Origin: Candidatus Latescibacterota bacterium
GTDB taxonomy: Bacteria > Latescibacterota > UBA2968 > GCA-2709665
Assembly (NCBI GenBank): GCA_963667175.2
Contig: CAXXXF010000014.1
Coordinates: 192,001-256,000, forward strand
Reading direction: 5' to 3'
Length of the DNA: 64,000 bases
The notes beneath the pieces were generated by a model. It saw nothing but the letters and a program-made list of their open reading frames with translations. It was not told the origin of the DNA and searched no databases. Within the stretch, counting starts at the first letter, position 1. Each line of letters opens with the position of its first letter. Shown in pieces: positions 1-10,223 of the stretch. The position numbers were made by a program, and so were the translations under genes.

Positions 1-653
1 GGCGCCGGACCGGACCGACCCCAGTCGCCGAAAGCCTCTTCCAACGCGCTGAACATCTCTTCTGCCTTCAGGCCGCCGGCCACAGAGATCAGAAGACGCT
101 GCGGGCCGCACAGTCGCCGCCAGAATCCTCGGACGTCGGACGGGTCGATAGCGCTAATCGTCGGGGCTTCTCCCAGCGGATTCCGCCCCATCGGATCCCC
201 CAACCCGGCCTGATAGGCCATATACATAACCTGATGCGTCGGATTGTCTTCCAGACGCTTCAGTTCCTCCAGCGCAAGCGCTTTCGTCACCTCAACCTGT
301 TCATCGGGAAACGATGCGCTGCGGAACACTTCGGCGAAAAGCCTGAGCCCTTCGCGAAAATGCCTGGGCAGGAGCTGCGCCTGAAACTCCGTGAATTCAA
401 CGGCCGTCGCGGAGCCGCGTCGTACGCCAAGGGAATCGAAGGCGTCGTAGATCGAGCGCGCGTCGCGCGTCGGCGTGCCCTTCAGAAGCGTTTCTTCGGC
501 GACCCAGGCCAGGCCCAGCCGGTCGGCAGGATCGTCTTTCGCCCCGAAGCCGAAACGGAACGCAACCACAACGGATTGGGCGCCGGGCATGGACTCGGCG
601 ACGACCTCTATTCCATTATTCAACGTAGTTCGCTGCGGTTCAACTGGATGCAT
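1..653 (-). CDS. M16 (pitrilysin/insulinase) family peptidase-like protein, 3' part outside window; probably a non-catalytic subunit
   Basis: Hand translation from ATG 653: MHPVEPQRTTLNNGIEVVAESMPGAQSVVVAFRFGFGAKDDPADRLGLAWVAEETLLKGTPTRDARSIYDAFDSLG. Typical M16 N-terminus; the HxxEH motif reads WVAEE. Not in the ORF track (open at the edge). Confidence 0.8.
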   Translation of the reverse strand, partial: MHPVEPQRTTLNNGIEVVAESMPGAQSVVVAFRFGFGAKDDPADRLGLAWVAEETLLKGTPTRDARSIYDAFDSLGVRRGSATAVEFTEFQAQLLPRHFREGLRLFAEVFRSASFPDEQVEVTKALALEELKRLEDNPTHQVMYMAYQAGLGDPMGRNPLGEAPTISAIDPSDVRGFWRRLCGPQRLLISVAGGLKAEEMFSALEEAFGDWGRSGPA

Positions 654-836
654 AATCTTCCTTCCGTGGGTTGGCCATAGGCCGACGGACCGCTGGAAAC
701 CGAAAGACGGAATATAGGCCAGGGAGCGGACAAAGGAAAGCAAAAACAGGTCGACAGATCGCACATTTCACGGCTTGAAGGGCTTCCCGGTCCTCCTCGA
801 TCACCCGACGTGGGGTTCCGCGTTCCATCTTTCCAC

Positions 837-865
837 TTGACACAGGCCGGGCCATTGGCTAATTT
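837..865 (+). promoter_or_regulatory. sigma70-type promoter of the riboswitch/dapA operon
   Basis: TTGACA (837-842), 17-nt spacer, TAATTT (860-865), ~15 nt upstream of the riboswitch. Confidence 0.65.
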
Positions 866-880
866 GTTGCTTTCCGACAG

Positions 881-1058
881 GCAAGGGTAGAGGCGCAGGT
901 TTTCAAAAGTACCCGGTGATAACGAGGCGTAACCATCGCATCGGCGAAAGGGGAAGCCTGCCGAAGTCCCGAATCTGCTCCGCCGCAGAAAGGGGCTGGT
1001 CCACTTCGGATAAGATCCGATGGACTGTCACGGAAACCTCCGTGGAGTGCTCTCTTGC
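881..1058 (+). promoter_or_regulatory. Lysine riboswitch (L-box)
   Basis: P1 GCAAGGGTAG/CTCTCTTGC; conserved AGAGGCGC...AAGTA, AAAGGGG...GCCGAA, GGGGCTGG...GGACTGTCA...GGAGTGCT elements; directly upstream of dapA. Confidence 0.9.
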
Positions 1059-1081
1059 GCCATCCATGCTGGAACTTGCAC

Positions 1082-1126
1082 GGCCGGCCTTGCCTCCATC
1101 CTCCTCGGGAACCGGCTGTTTTTTTT
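1082..1126 (+). terminator. Probable attenuator terminator (riboswitch expression platform)
   Basis: GCCGG...CCGGC stem followed by a T9 tract between the aptamer and the dapA RBS. Confidence 0.55.
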
Positions 1127-1175
1127 GCCCTGAAGGGTAACCCGGTTTCCCCCAATTCCACATGGAGGTGACCCC

Positions 1176-2213
1176 ATGTTATTCAGCGGATGCTATACGG
1201 CTCTCATCACACCCCTGGACGCCCACAAGGGCGTGGACGAACCGGGGCTGGAAAAGCTGGTCGATTTCCAGATATCACAGGGTGTCAGCGGCGTTCTGGC
1301 GGTGGGTACCACCGGCGAGAGTCCAACCCTCAACAGGGGAGAACACAACAGCGTCACGGATCGGGTCTGCGCGCTGGCCCGGGGGAAGTGCCGCGCCATT
1401 GCCGGCACCGGAGGGAATTCCACGGAGGAAACGCTGCGCGCCACGGAGCACGCCGCGCACGCCGGCGCCGATACCGCGCTGCTGGTAGACCCCTATTACA
1501 ACGGTCCCAGTTCGCTTGAAATCCGCCGGGAATACGTCGCGCCCGTCGCCGAAGCCTTTCCCGAAATCCAGATGGTCTCCTACGTCATTCCGGGCCGCTC
1601 GGGAACGAAGTTGCTCCCGGAAGACCTGGCCATTCTGCACCGCGGCTGCGAAAACGTCAACGCCGTCAAAGAAGCCACGGGCGACCTGGAAAACATGGCC
1701 CGGACCCGTGAAGTCTGCGGAGACGATTTCTACATACTCTCCGGCGACGATGACGTCACCTACGCCATGATGACCGACGCACGAATCCGTGCAGCCGGCG
1801 TCATTTCCGTGATGTCCAACGTGGTCCCCGGACCCATACAGCGCTTGACTCAGGCGATCCTCAACGACGATATGATTGAAGCGGACCGCCTTGCGGATGC
1901 CCTCAAGCCCCTCTTCGGAATGGTCACCATCCTTTCGGAGGAAGCGACGCCCTTCGGAACGACGCAGGTCAAGGCCCGCAACCCGGTGCCCATAAAGACG
2001 TTGATGAATATCCTCGGCATGCCGGCCGGTCCGTGCAGGCGGCCGCTGGGCCGGATGAACCACGGCGGACTGCGGCAGGTGCTTGAAATTGCCCGAACCG
2101 TGCAGGACAACAACCCTGAACTCTTTGCGCCCATCGAACGATTCTTCAACGTGGACATTTCAAACCGCGTCTCGGACGCCTCTGTTCTCGAAGACCTGGC
2201 GTACGCAGACTGA
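1176..2213 (+). CDS. dapA: 4-hydroxy-tetrahydrodipicolinate synthase
   Basis: GTTGES, PYYN, Y-x-IPGRSG, KEATGD, LSGDD, GVISV, NPVPIK motifs; GGAGGT RBS. Confidence 0.93.
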   Translation: MLFSGCYTALITPLDAHKGVDEPGLEKLVDFQISQGVSGVLAVGTTGESPTLNRGEHNSVTDRVCALARGKCRAIAGTGGNSTEETLRATEHAAHAGADTALLVDPYYNGPSSLEIRREYVAPVAEAFPEIQMVSYVIPGRSGTKLLPEDLAILHRGCENVNAVKEATGDLENMARTREVCGDDFYILSGDDDVTYAMMTDARIRAAGVISVMSNVVPGPIQRLTQAILNDDMIEADRLADALKPLFGMVTILSEEATPFGTTQVKARNPVPIKTLMNILGMPAGPCRRPLGRMNHGGLRQVLEIARTVQDNNPELFAPIERFFNVDISNRVSDASVLEDLAYAD

Positions 2214-2237
2214 CCCATGAATCCTGGAAGGAGTAGA

Positions 2238-4031
2238 ATGAGAAACGCACGTACCACGAACCGTAAACTGCTGGACTGGGTAGACGAAGCCGCGAAGCTC
2301 TGCCAACCTGATGACATCCACTGGTGCACCGGATCCCGGGATGAGTACGATCGGCTTGCCGACGTGCTGTGCCGTGCGGGAACCTTTATCCGGCTGAATC
2401 CGGACCGGCGACCCAACAGCTTTCTCGCCCGCTCGGACGCCGGCGACGTCGCGCGAGTGGAAGACCGCACGTATATCTGTACACCGAACGAAGAAGACGT
2501 GGGCCCCACCAACAACTGGCGCGAACCCGTTGGGATGAAACGCACGCTGAAGGGACTGTTCGCCGGTTCCATGCGCGGACGGACGATGTACGTCATCCCG
2601 TTCTCCATGGGGCCGATCGGTTCGCCCACGTCCAAGATCGGCGTTGAAATCTCCGACTCGCCGTACGTCGTGTGCAGCATGTTCATCATGACTCGAACGG
2701 GCGACGCGGTGGTGGATGCGCTCGCCGACGGCGACTTTCTTCCCTGCATGCATTCCGTGGGCGCCCCCCTCGAGCCCGGTCAGGCCGACGTCTCGTGGCC
2801 CTGCGACGCAAATCAGAAATACATCGTCCACTTTCCCGATGAGCCGTCCATCTGGTCCTACGGGTCGGGCTACGGCGGCAATGCGCTGCTCGGCAAGAAA
2901 TGTTTCGCCCTCCGGATCGCTTCAACCATGGCGCGGGACGAGGGCTGGATGGCCGAGCACATGCTCATCCTGGGTCTCACGTCGCCCGCGAACAGCAAAC
3001 ATTACATCGGGGCCGCATTTCCGTCCGCGTGCGGAAAGACGAACCTGGCCATGCTCCAGCCCACGGTCCCGGGCTGGAAGGCCAATTGCGTTGGCGACGA
3101 TATCGCATGGATGCGACAGAGTCCCGATGGCAGGTTGCGGGCGATCAACCCCGAAGCCGGATTCTTCGGCGTCGCCCCCGGCACCAGCCTGCAGTCCAAC
3201 GGGCACGCCATGGCCGCCCTTGAAAAAAACAGCCTCTTCACGAACACGGCGCTCACCCCGGAAGGCGACGTCTGGTGGGAAGAGATGACGGACGACCCAC
3301 CGCCCCAACTGGAAGATTGGCTCGGGCGCGCCTGGACGCCGGAGTCGGAGGACAAAGCCTCGAATCCCAATGCCAGGTACACCGCACCCGCCGCACAGTG
3401 CCCGGTTATCGACCCGGAATGGGAGAATCCGGAGGGCGTCCCCATGTCAGCCTTTGTCTTCGGCGGCAGGCGCTCAACGGTCGTTCCGCTGGTATTCGAA
3501 GCGCTGAACTGGAGGCACGGCGTCTTCCTGGGCTCCATTATGGCGTCCGAAACCACGGCCGCCGCCGCCGGCGCGGTGGGAAAGCTGCGAAGAGATCCCT
3601 TTGCGATGCTTCCATTCTGCGGCTACAATATGGGCGACTACTTCGGTCACTGGTTTAAAATCGGCGCCAGGCTGGGTGACAACGCGCCCAGGATCTTCTA
3701 CGTGAACTGGTTCCGCAAAGACGCCGAGGGTGGCTGGCTGTGGCCCGGATTCGGCGAGAACAGCCGGGTGCTCAAGTGGATCTGCGAGCGGATCGACGGC
3801 GCCGCCGACGCGGTTGAGACCCCGATCGGATATATCCCCACGGCCGACGCCCTGGATCTGGACGGCCTGCACGTCCCGGAAGCCGACGTCGAGGAACTGC
3901 TTTCCGTGAACCCGGAAGACTGGCGCGCCGAACTGCCGGATATCCGCAGGTTCTACGCGGGATTCGGTAATCGACTGCCGTCGGAGCTTCTAACGGAACT
4001 CGATGCTCTCGAGGAACGGCTGAGCACATAG
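2238..4031 (+). CDS. pckG: Phosphoenolpyruvate carboxykinase (GTP)
   Basis: [64 protein letters not shown]; start taken at ATG 2238 after GGAAGGAG. Confidence 0.97.
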   Translation: MRNARTTNRKLLDWVDEAAKLCQPDDIHWCTGSRDEYDRLADVLCRAGTFIRLNPDRRPNSFLARSDAGDVARVEDRTYICTPNEEDVGPTNNWREPVGMKRTLKGLFAGSMRGRTMYVIPFSMGPIGSPTSKIGVEISDSPYVVCSMFIMTRTGDAVVDALADGDFLPCMHSVGAPLEPGQADVSWPCDANQKYIVHFPDEPSIWSYGSGYGGNALLGKKCFALRIASTMARDEGWMAEHMLILGLTSPANSKHYIGAAFPSACGKTNLAMLQPTVPGWKANCVGDDIAWMRQSPDGRLRAINPEAGFFGVAPGTSLQSNGHAMAALEKNSLFTNTALTPEGDVWWEEMTDDPPPQLEDWLGRAWTPESEDKASNPNARYTAPAAQCPVIDPEWENPEGVPMSAFVFGGRRSTVVPLVFEALNWRHGVFLGSIMASETTAAAAGAVGKLRRDPFAMLPFCGYNMGDYFGHWFKIGARLGDNAPRIFYVNWFRKDAEGGWLWPGFGENSRVLKWICERIDGAADAVETPIGYIPTADALDLDGLHVPEADVEELLSVNPEDWRAELPDIRRFYAGFGNRLPSELLTELDALEERLST

Positions 4032-4213
4032 AAGTCCGTTGAAAAAGTCGCTCTGCAGGCGAGGTCGAGTCATTGTGGCCGAAGACAAGGCGCGCGACCG
4101 ACGCGAATCCCCGGATTCGGGGAGGGAGCGCCTGCCTGCCGCAGGCAGGCAACGCCGTCATTCGGTCACAAGGGCCGGACGCAGACCGGATGGCCTTTGT
4201 CAACGGGCTGTCA
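4029..4213. mobile_element. MITE-like element with imperfect terminal inverted repeats, copy 1
   Basis: Ends AGAAGTCCGTTGAAAAAGTC and GCCTTTGTCAACGGGCTGTCA; the right half recurs inverted at 34093-34210; contains a 19-bp CCTG/CAGG mini-element at 4131-4149. Confidence 0.65.
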
Positions 4214-4252
4214 GGGAGCCGGCAGCGAAGACAACCCACCCGGAGAATCCAA

Positions 4253-5059
4253 ATGACAAACCTGGCTATCTGCGGCATCGCGGGACGCATGTGCGGACGC
4301 ATCGCCCATCTTGCCATGGAATCCGACGACCTCGAGGTCGTCGGCGGGGTGGAGGCGCCCGGTAACCTCGCCATCGGACGAGACATCGGCGAGATTCTGG
4401 GAACCGCGCAAACGGGTCACCACGTTGTCGACAACCCGGAATCCGTCGTTGAAAACGCCGACGTGGTCGTCGCCTTTACCGCGCCCCCCGACGGCACGCT
4501 GGACGCCGCACGGATCGCCGGGAAAGCGGGCAGGCCCATGGTGGTGGGCACCACCGGCATGTCGGCTGAGCAACTTGTCGAATTCGAAACGGCCCTTAAG
4601 GACGTCGCCTGCGTTTTTGCGCCAAGCTTCAGCATTGGCGTGACCGTACTCACGAAGCTCGTCGAAGACGCCGCACGTATGATGGGCCGGGGGTACGACG
4701 TGGAAATCGTCGAGGCGCATCACCATTTCAAGACCGACGCGCCCAGCGGAACCGCCCTCGCGCTGGCGAAGGCAGCGGCAGCGGGCCTGGGTCGAAACCT
4801 GGAGGACGTGGCCCTTTTCGGACGACACGGAGAAGTGGGCGCCCGCACCGGGGATGAAATCGGCATCCATGCCATCCGCGCCGGGGACCTGGCGGGAGAG
4901 CATACCGTCATCTTCGGCGGCACGGGCGAAATCTTCCAGCTGGTTCACCGCGCGCAGAGCCGGGATTCCTATGGCGTGGGCGTCCTCGAGGCCATCCGGT
5001 TTGTCGTGAACGCGCGCCCGGGGATGTTCACCATGCGGGACGTGCTGGGCATCGAGTAA
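4253..5059 (+). CDS. dapB: 4-hydroxy-tetrahydrodipicolinate reductase
   Basis: GIAGRM, VGTTG, PSFSIG, EAHHHFKTDAPSGTA, RAGDLAGEHTVIF; start ATG 4253 after GGAG. Confidence 0.95.
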   Translation: MTNLAICGIAGRMCGRIAHLAMESDDLEVVGGVEAPGNLAIGRDIGEILGTAQTGHHVVDNPESVVENADVVVAFTAPPDGTLDAARIAGKAGRPMVVGTTGMSAEQLVEFETALKDVACVFAPSFSIGVTVLTKLVEDAARMMGRGYDVEIVEAHHHFKTDAPSGTALALAKAAAAGLGRNLEDVALFGRHGEVGARTGDEIGIHAIRAGDLAGEHTVIFGGTGEIFQLVHRAQSRDSYGVGVLEAIRFVVNARPGMFTMRDVLGIE

Positions 5060-5183
5060 GGAATCTCGCGAGGCACGTGCGTACCAGACGGCTCGCCGGC
5101 GTTAACGCCGATGCGCAAGACGACAGACTTGAGACGCAGCGGGAACAGTCGAGCACCTTATGTAACGTGAAGGGAGGCCCAGA

Positions 5184-7124
5184 ATGGCAATCGACGCCTC
5201 AGCTGTGGCGGAAGCCATCGAGAGTGGGCATACACTCGCCGCCGCCGACCAGGTACTCATCGATCCGCAGCGCGGTACGCTGAACGTCCGCGTGGACGAA
5301 CTCCTGTCGGCCATACAGAACAACGATTGCCCGGCCAGCGGGGTGTGCCGAACCTTGATCCGGCTTGGGATGAACTTCGTGGGACGCGACGCCGAGATCG
5401 TGGGGTACGGCGCGGACGAGGCGGACGGGGCCCTCGAGCAGGTCCTATCCGCCATCGACGATCTCGAAGGGGCTGTTATGGCGGACGTCGTGGCTGAATT
5501 TCTCGCCGACATGAAGTCCGTCAATGGGAGCGACAGCCTCTCCGGCCTCCTCGCGGAGCGCATCGAAGCGGACCTGAATCCGGCAAGTCCGGGCGGTTCT
5601 TTTCTGACGCTGCTCAAGCGGCAGATGCGCAGCGGCGTCTACTGGGAAATGATCGGCGAGGACTTCTGCAAATTCGGCAATGATTTTGCGCGAGGTCTGG
5701 AATACCTCCGCCACTACGGATTCTGCCAGGTCTCCACCAACCCCGTATTGGCGGCCAAGGCGTTTGACGAAGACGATTCACTTGCCGATCAGCTCAAAAG
5801 CGAAATCGCGAGGCACGACAACTGGACGCAGGACCCCGAGGCTCACGCCGACGAAATCGCCATGGCGGCCACCCTCATCGCCCTCTGGCCCAACCTGTCC
5901 ATTTTCAGGCCGCTCGCGGTGCATACGGACCTTGAAGACTATATGGTCAGCTTCCAGCTCAATCCCAACATCGCCGATCGGGCCGACGCGAGTATCGAGG
6001 ATGCGCGAAACGCGTACGGGCTGGCCGCCGACTTCCTCGAAGGATACGACCGCCTGCTGGGCCTGGGCGAACGCTCCGGCCGGGTGAACCCGAACATCGT
6101 CTTCAAAGTCGCCGCCAGCCACGAGGCCGCCCGAAAGATAACGACGACGCTCAACGGCAATGCCATCGGTTCCAACAATACCGTGGTCTACACCGTGGCC
6201 CAGGAAGTCCAGTTGATCCTGGATGCGTTCGAGGGCAAGGCCCGGGCCGCAAAGGCGGGTGAACAGGTCGTGCGCACCTACGAAACCAACATGGGCGGCC
6301 GGTTCGTAAGTCACCTTCGGGAGGTCGAAGCCGAGAAGATCTTTCTCGACGCCGCGGCTAGGGCGGGTGAAGGCAGGGCGAGCGAACTCCTCGACGCCCT
6401 GGCCGCCGATCTGGACGCCGGCGATACGCCAGACGGGTCCCTGGCCGAGAGGGCCGGGGCCGTCTGCGCTTACGCGAATCTCAAATCCCTCGACCACCGC
6501 ATCGTCCTGGAAGCCGCCGAAGCCGCCGGCCAGTCCGCGGACGCGATCCTGCTGCTGGAAGAAGATCTGAAGAAAGCGGGCACCCTGGTGGCCCGCCGCG
6601 TCTACTGGGTCTTCTTCAGCCCGGAGAACCGGCCGAAATGGGTCGCCCATCTTCGCAGGACATGCGGCGTCACGGACGACCAGGCAGAGTGGATCGTGGA
6701 TTCCATGGACGTCCTTCCCGCTTCCAAACGCATTCCCGAAGACTCCTTCCACACGCTGGGCGCGTCCAACATGTGCAACACCGAGTTTCCGAACCACGCG
6801 CGTGCCGTCCAGATGGCCTCGGAAGCCGACGGCTTCAGCCTTGAGGACTTCCGTGACGCGGTGCTGGATTCCTACGAACCCGGCGTGGACCAGCGCCTGC
6901 GCGAACTTTCCGATTTCTGCCGCGGATACGACCTGACGCCCTCCCTCAAGGACTTTCTGCAGAACGTCGTCGGCATCGATGTCGCCGGCTGGCAGACCCG
7001 GGGCCTGGAACCCGGCGACTGGCCGGATTTCGGTTCCGTGCAGAAAACCAGCGCCGAGTTCCAGGACGCCTACGACACCTTCGCCGGCAAATGCGTCGCC
7101 ATCGCCCGAGAGGTTGCGGATTAG
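5184..7124 (+). CDS. Large transaldolase-family protein
   Basis: STNPVL, SFQLNP, NIVFKVA (Schiff-base Lys), NNTVVYTVAQ, MGGR, ASKR motifs; 646 aa; GGGAGG RBS. Confidence 0.7.
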   Translation: MAIDASAVAEAIESGHTLAAADQVLIDPQRGTLNVRVDELLSAIQNNDCPASGVCRTLIRLGMNFVGRDAEIVGYGADEADGALEQVLSAIDDLEGAVMADVVAEFLADMKSVNGSDSLSGLLAERIEADLNPASPGGSFLTLLKRQMRSGVYWEMIGEDFCKFGNDFARGLEYLRHYGFCQVSTNPVLAAKAFDEDDSLADQLKSEIARHDNWTQDPEAHADEIAMAATLIALWPNLSIFRPLAVHTDLEDYMVSFQLNPNIADRADASIEDARNAYGLAADFLEGYDRLLGLGERSGRVNPNIVFKVAASHEAARKITTTLNGNAIGSNNTVVYTVAQEVQLILDAFEGKARAAKAGEQVVRTYETNMGGRFVSHLREVEAEKIFLDAAARAGEGRASELLDALAADLDAGDTPDGSLAERAGAVCAYANLKSLDHRIVLEAAEAAGQSADAILLLEEDLKKAGTLVARRVYWVFFSPENRPKWVAHLRRTCGVTDDQAEWIVDSMDVLPASKRIPEDSFHTLGASNMCNTEFPNHARAVQMASEADGFSLEDFRDAVLDSYEPGVDQRLRELSDFCRGYDLTPSLKDFLQNVVGIDVAGWQTRGLEPGDWPDFGSVQKTSAEFQDAYDTFAGKCVAIAREVAD

Positions 7125-7268
7125 GTATCCGATAACGGCGCGCGAGTACAGTCAATTCCCGCATTTCCGGGGAAATCGTAATCGTGGCAGGCGCAGCGCC
7201 TGTCCCTTCGTCGTTTGTTCATCCGCGCAGGACCGCAAGACGACCGCCCGACCAGACCCGCTTTCCTT

Positions 7269-8501
7269 ATGAAAACGACAAATCAGGATTCCTGGATCAC
7301 GCAACTCGACCGTGCCGTCGATGGGTTGGAGGACCGCATGGTGCAGACCAGGCGGCATCTCCATGCCCATCCCGAGGTGAGTGGCGAGGAGACGGAGACC
7401 ACCCGGTACCTGGAAGCGCAGCTGGCGTCCGACGGCTTCCACGTCCGCACGGGTCCCGCCGGCCGCGGGGTGATCGCCGAGTCCTCCGGAAACGGGTCGG
7501 GGCGCAGAATCGCCATGAGGGCCGACCTGGATGCGCTACCCATCCAGGACGCCAAAGCCGTCGACTATCGCAGCAGCGTGCGCGGGGCGATGCACGCCTG
7601 CGGCCACGACGCCCATGCCGCCGCCGTGCTGGGGGCCGCTCTGGCGCTCGACGCCGCCGGAAAATCCGGAAACCTGCCCTGGCCCGTTTCCTGGCGGGCC
7701 ATCTTTCAGCCGGCCGAAGAGATCAACCAGGGCGCCCTGGAGATGATCGAAGCCGGGGCGCTGGAGGGCGTCAAGGCGATGCTGGCGCTCCACGTGGACC
7801 CGTCGCGCCCCGCGGGAACCATCGGGCATCGATCGGGCGTCCTGACCGCGCATTGCGATATATTGCGCGTGCTCGTCCGGGGCAGCGGCGGTCATGCGGC
7901 GCGACCCCATGAGTCAAGGGACCCCATTGCCGCGGCGGCCCAGTTGATCAACGCGCTCTACGCGGCGGTGCCGAGGTCGCTCGATCCGCGGCATACCGTG
8001 GTCCTGACGGTCGGCTCCGTGACAGCCGGAAGACGTTACAATGCGATTCCCGATCGCGCGGTGCTCATGGGCGCCGTACGCAGCCTCGACAAGGGCGCCC
8101 GCCGCCGGGCCCTCGAACGTGTGCGGGAGGTCGGCGAGGGGGTGGCGCGCACGTCCGGCACGGAAATCGACGTCACGTTCAGATCCGGGCCTCCGTCGGT
8201 CCTGAACGATCCGGGCCTGACCAATCTGATCCGGGATTGCGCGGTCGACCTGCTCGGGCCCGACCGGGTCCAGCACATCGAGCAGCCCAGCATGGGAGGC
8301 GATGATTTCGCCCATTATCTCAACCACGTTCCAGGCAGCCTGTTTCGCCTCGGATGCTCGGCTCCGGGGGCGCCGGTGACGAGCCTGCATTCGCCGGATT
8401 TCGACGTCGACGAACGCGCGCTGGGCATCGGCGCGAAGATTCTGGCGCGCGCGGTCGTGTCATGGTCGAAACCGAAAACTCACGACAAAGAGGCAGATTG
8501 A
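7269..8501 (+). CDS. M20D family amidohydrolase
   Basis: RRHLHAHPEVSGEE, RADLDALP, MHACGHDAH, FQPAEE, GGHAARPH, LHSPDF. Confidence 0.92.
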   Translation: MKTTNQDSWITQLDRAVDGLEDRMVQTRRHLHAHPEVSGEETETTRYLEAQLASDGFHVRTGPAGRGVIAESSGNGSGRRIAMRADLDALPIQDAKAVDYRSSVRGAMHACGHDAHAAAVLGAALALDAAGKSGNLPWPVSWRAIFQPAEEINQGALEMIEAGALEGVKAMLALHVDPSRPAGTIGHRSGVLTAHCDILRVLVRGSGGHAARPHESRDPIAAAAQLINALYAAVPRSLDPRHTVVLTVGSVTAGRRYNAIPDRAVLMGAVRSLDKGARRRALERVREVGEGVARTSGTEIDVTFRSGPPSVLNDPGLTNLIRDCAVDLLGPDRVQHIEQPSMGGDDFAHYLNHVPGSLFRLGCSAPGAPVTSLHSPDFDVDERALGIGAKILARAVVSWSKPKTHDKEAD

Positions 8502-9628
8502 TGAGTCGAATGGAGTTCAACCCCAGTCCGGCGCCCACGGTCGGCGTGGAGATCGAGCTTGCGCTCGTGGACTCCGGAACGATGGCCCTGCGCAGCGCCG
8601 GCCAGGGACTCATCGCGCGGGTGCCGCCGCGCCTCGAGGGAACGATCAAGCCGGAATTGATGCAGTGCTACGTGGAAATCAACTCTGACGTCTGCGTGAA
8701 CCTCAAGGAGGTCGAAGCGGATCTCAGGGAGAAGCTGTGCGCGATCGAGGCCGTCGCCGATCAGGAGGGCGTGAGACTCTTCTGGTCCGCGACCCATCCG
8801 TTTTCGACGTGGCGGGACCAGGACATCACGCCCAACAGGCGGTACGCCGGCCTGGTGGACCTGCTGCAGGACACGGCGCGCCAGCTGGTCACGTCCGGGC
8901 TTCACGTGCACGTGGGCGTGGACAGCGGCGACAAGGCGGTCATGATCTGCGAATTCATCCTGCGTTACATTCCGCTCCTGCTGGCGTCGAGCTGCAACAG
9001 TCCCTTCTGGGAGGGCCGGAATACCGGGGTCTGCTCCTGGCGGTCCAAGATCATGGACGGTCTGCCCACCGCCGGGCTGCCGCCGCTGATGCGCAACTGG
9101 AGTGAATACGTCTGGCTGGTGAACCACCTTGTGGAAACCGGCTATATCGAGACCATGCGGGAAATCTGGTGGGACGTCCGACCCCACAACAAATTCGGCA
9201 CGGTCGAGATCCGCATCTGCGACATTCCAGGCGATTTCCACGATACCCTGGGCCTGGTCGCTCTGATCCAGTCCCTCGTAAAATACCTCTCCGACCACAT
9301 CGACCACGGCGCCTATCAGCACGACTGCCACCCGATGCTCATCCGGCAGAACAAGTGGCGCGCCGCCCGCTACGGCCTCGATGCCCAGATCGTCGACTCC
9401 GATACCTACCAGTTGCGGCCGGCGCGGGAAATGGTCAGACGACTCGTCGATCAACTGAAGCCGACCGCCGATGACCTGGATTGCGTTTCCTACCTGGAGA
9501 GGAATCTGGACCTGGCGGCCAGGCCGACCTGGGCCCAGCGGCAGGTGGAAATCCTGGACAGGACCGGCGATGCCCGGTCCGTCGTTCGGGAAATGACGGC
9601 CGCCTCCCGCCTGACGTCCCCGGCCTGA
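8501..9628 (+). CDS. YbdK-family carboxylate-amine ligase (glutamate--cysteine ligase 2)
   Basis: TVGVEIE, LHVHVG, NSPFWEG, IWWDVRP, GTVEIRICD, NKWRAARYG; TGATG coupling to the upstream gene. Confidence 0.92.
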   Translation: MSRMEFNPSPAPTVGVEIELALVDSGTMALRSAGQGLIARVPPRLEGTIKPELMQCYVEINSDVCVNLKEVEADLREKLCAIEAVADQEGVRLFWSATHPFSTWRDQDITPNRRYAGLVDLLQDTARQLVTSGLHVHVGVDSGDKAVMICEFILRYIPLLLASSCNSPFWEGRNTGVCSWRSKIMDGLPTAGLPPLMRNWSEYVWLVNHLVETGYIETMREIWWDVRPHNKFGTVEIRICDIPGDFHDTLGLVALIQSLVKYLSDHIDHGAYQHDCHPMLIRQNKWRAARYGLDAQIVDSDTYQLRPAREMVRRLVDQLKPTADDLDCVSYLERNLDLAARPTWAQRQVEILDRTGDARSVVREMTAASRLTSPA

Positions 9629-9651
9629 CCCCCGCCGTCCCGATCGCTCAC

Positions 9652-9686
9652 GAAAAGAAAAGGCGCATCCCTCACGGCATGCGCCT
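9652..9686 (-). terminator. Intrinsic terminator of pyrH-purD-purE
   Basis: Minus strand AGGCGCAT-N10-ATGCGCCT followed by TTTCTTTT. Confidence 0.7.
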
Positions 9687-9715
9687 CCAATCCGCCAATC
9701 AGTCGATATCCGATG

Positions 9716-10162
9716 CTAACCTTCCGCGAGGCCCTTCTTGTAGGCCTCCAGCTTCTCCTTGACGCCCGCGTCCGTCTGCGCGATGATCTGTGCGGCGAGC
9801 ACGGCGGCGTTTCTCGCGTTGTCGATCCCCACGCAGGCCACGGGCACTCCGGGCGGCATCTGTACGATCGCATACAGCGAATCGATCCCGTTCAGCGCCC
9901 CGGAGGCGACCGGCACCCCGATGACGGGCAACGTGGTATGCGCCGCCATCACGCCGGGCAGCGCCGCCGCAAGGCCCGCGCCGGCGATAATGACTTTCAG
10001 CCCGCGCGATTCTGCCGTGCGCGCAAACTCGCCCGTCCGATCGGGGTTCCGATGCGCGGACGACACGGTCATCTCGTACGGTATGCCGAATTCTTCAAGA
10101 ATGGGTATTGCCTTCTGCATGATCGGTTCGTCGGACTTGCTGCCCATAATTATGCCTACCAC
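9716..10162 (-). CDS. purE: N5-CAIR mutase
   Basis: [39 protein letters not shown]; GTG start after AGGAGGAGG. Confidence 0.96.
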   Translation of the reverse strand: MVGIIMGSKSDEPIMQKAIPILEEFGIPYEMTVSSAHRNPDRTGEFARTAESRGLKVIIAGAGLAAALPGVMAAHTTLPVIGVPVASGALNGIDSLYAIVQMPPGVPVACVGIDNARNAAVLAAQIIAQTDAGVKEKLEAYKKGLAEG

Positions 10163-10223
10163 AATCCTCCTCCTCTGGTATGTTTGAACGGCTTGATGAC
10201 AGATTCGCCTCACTGGAATCGCC

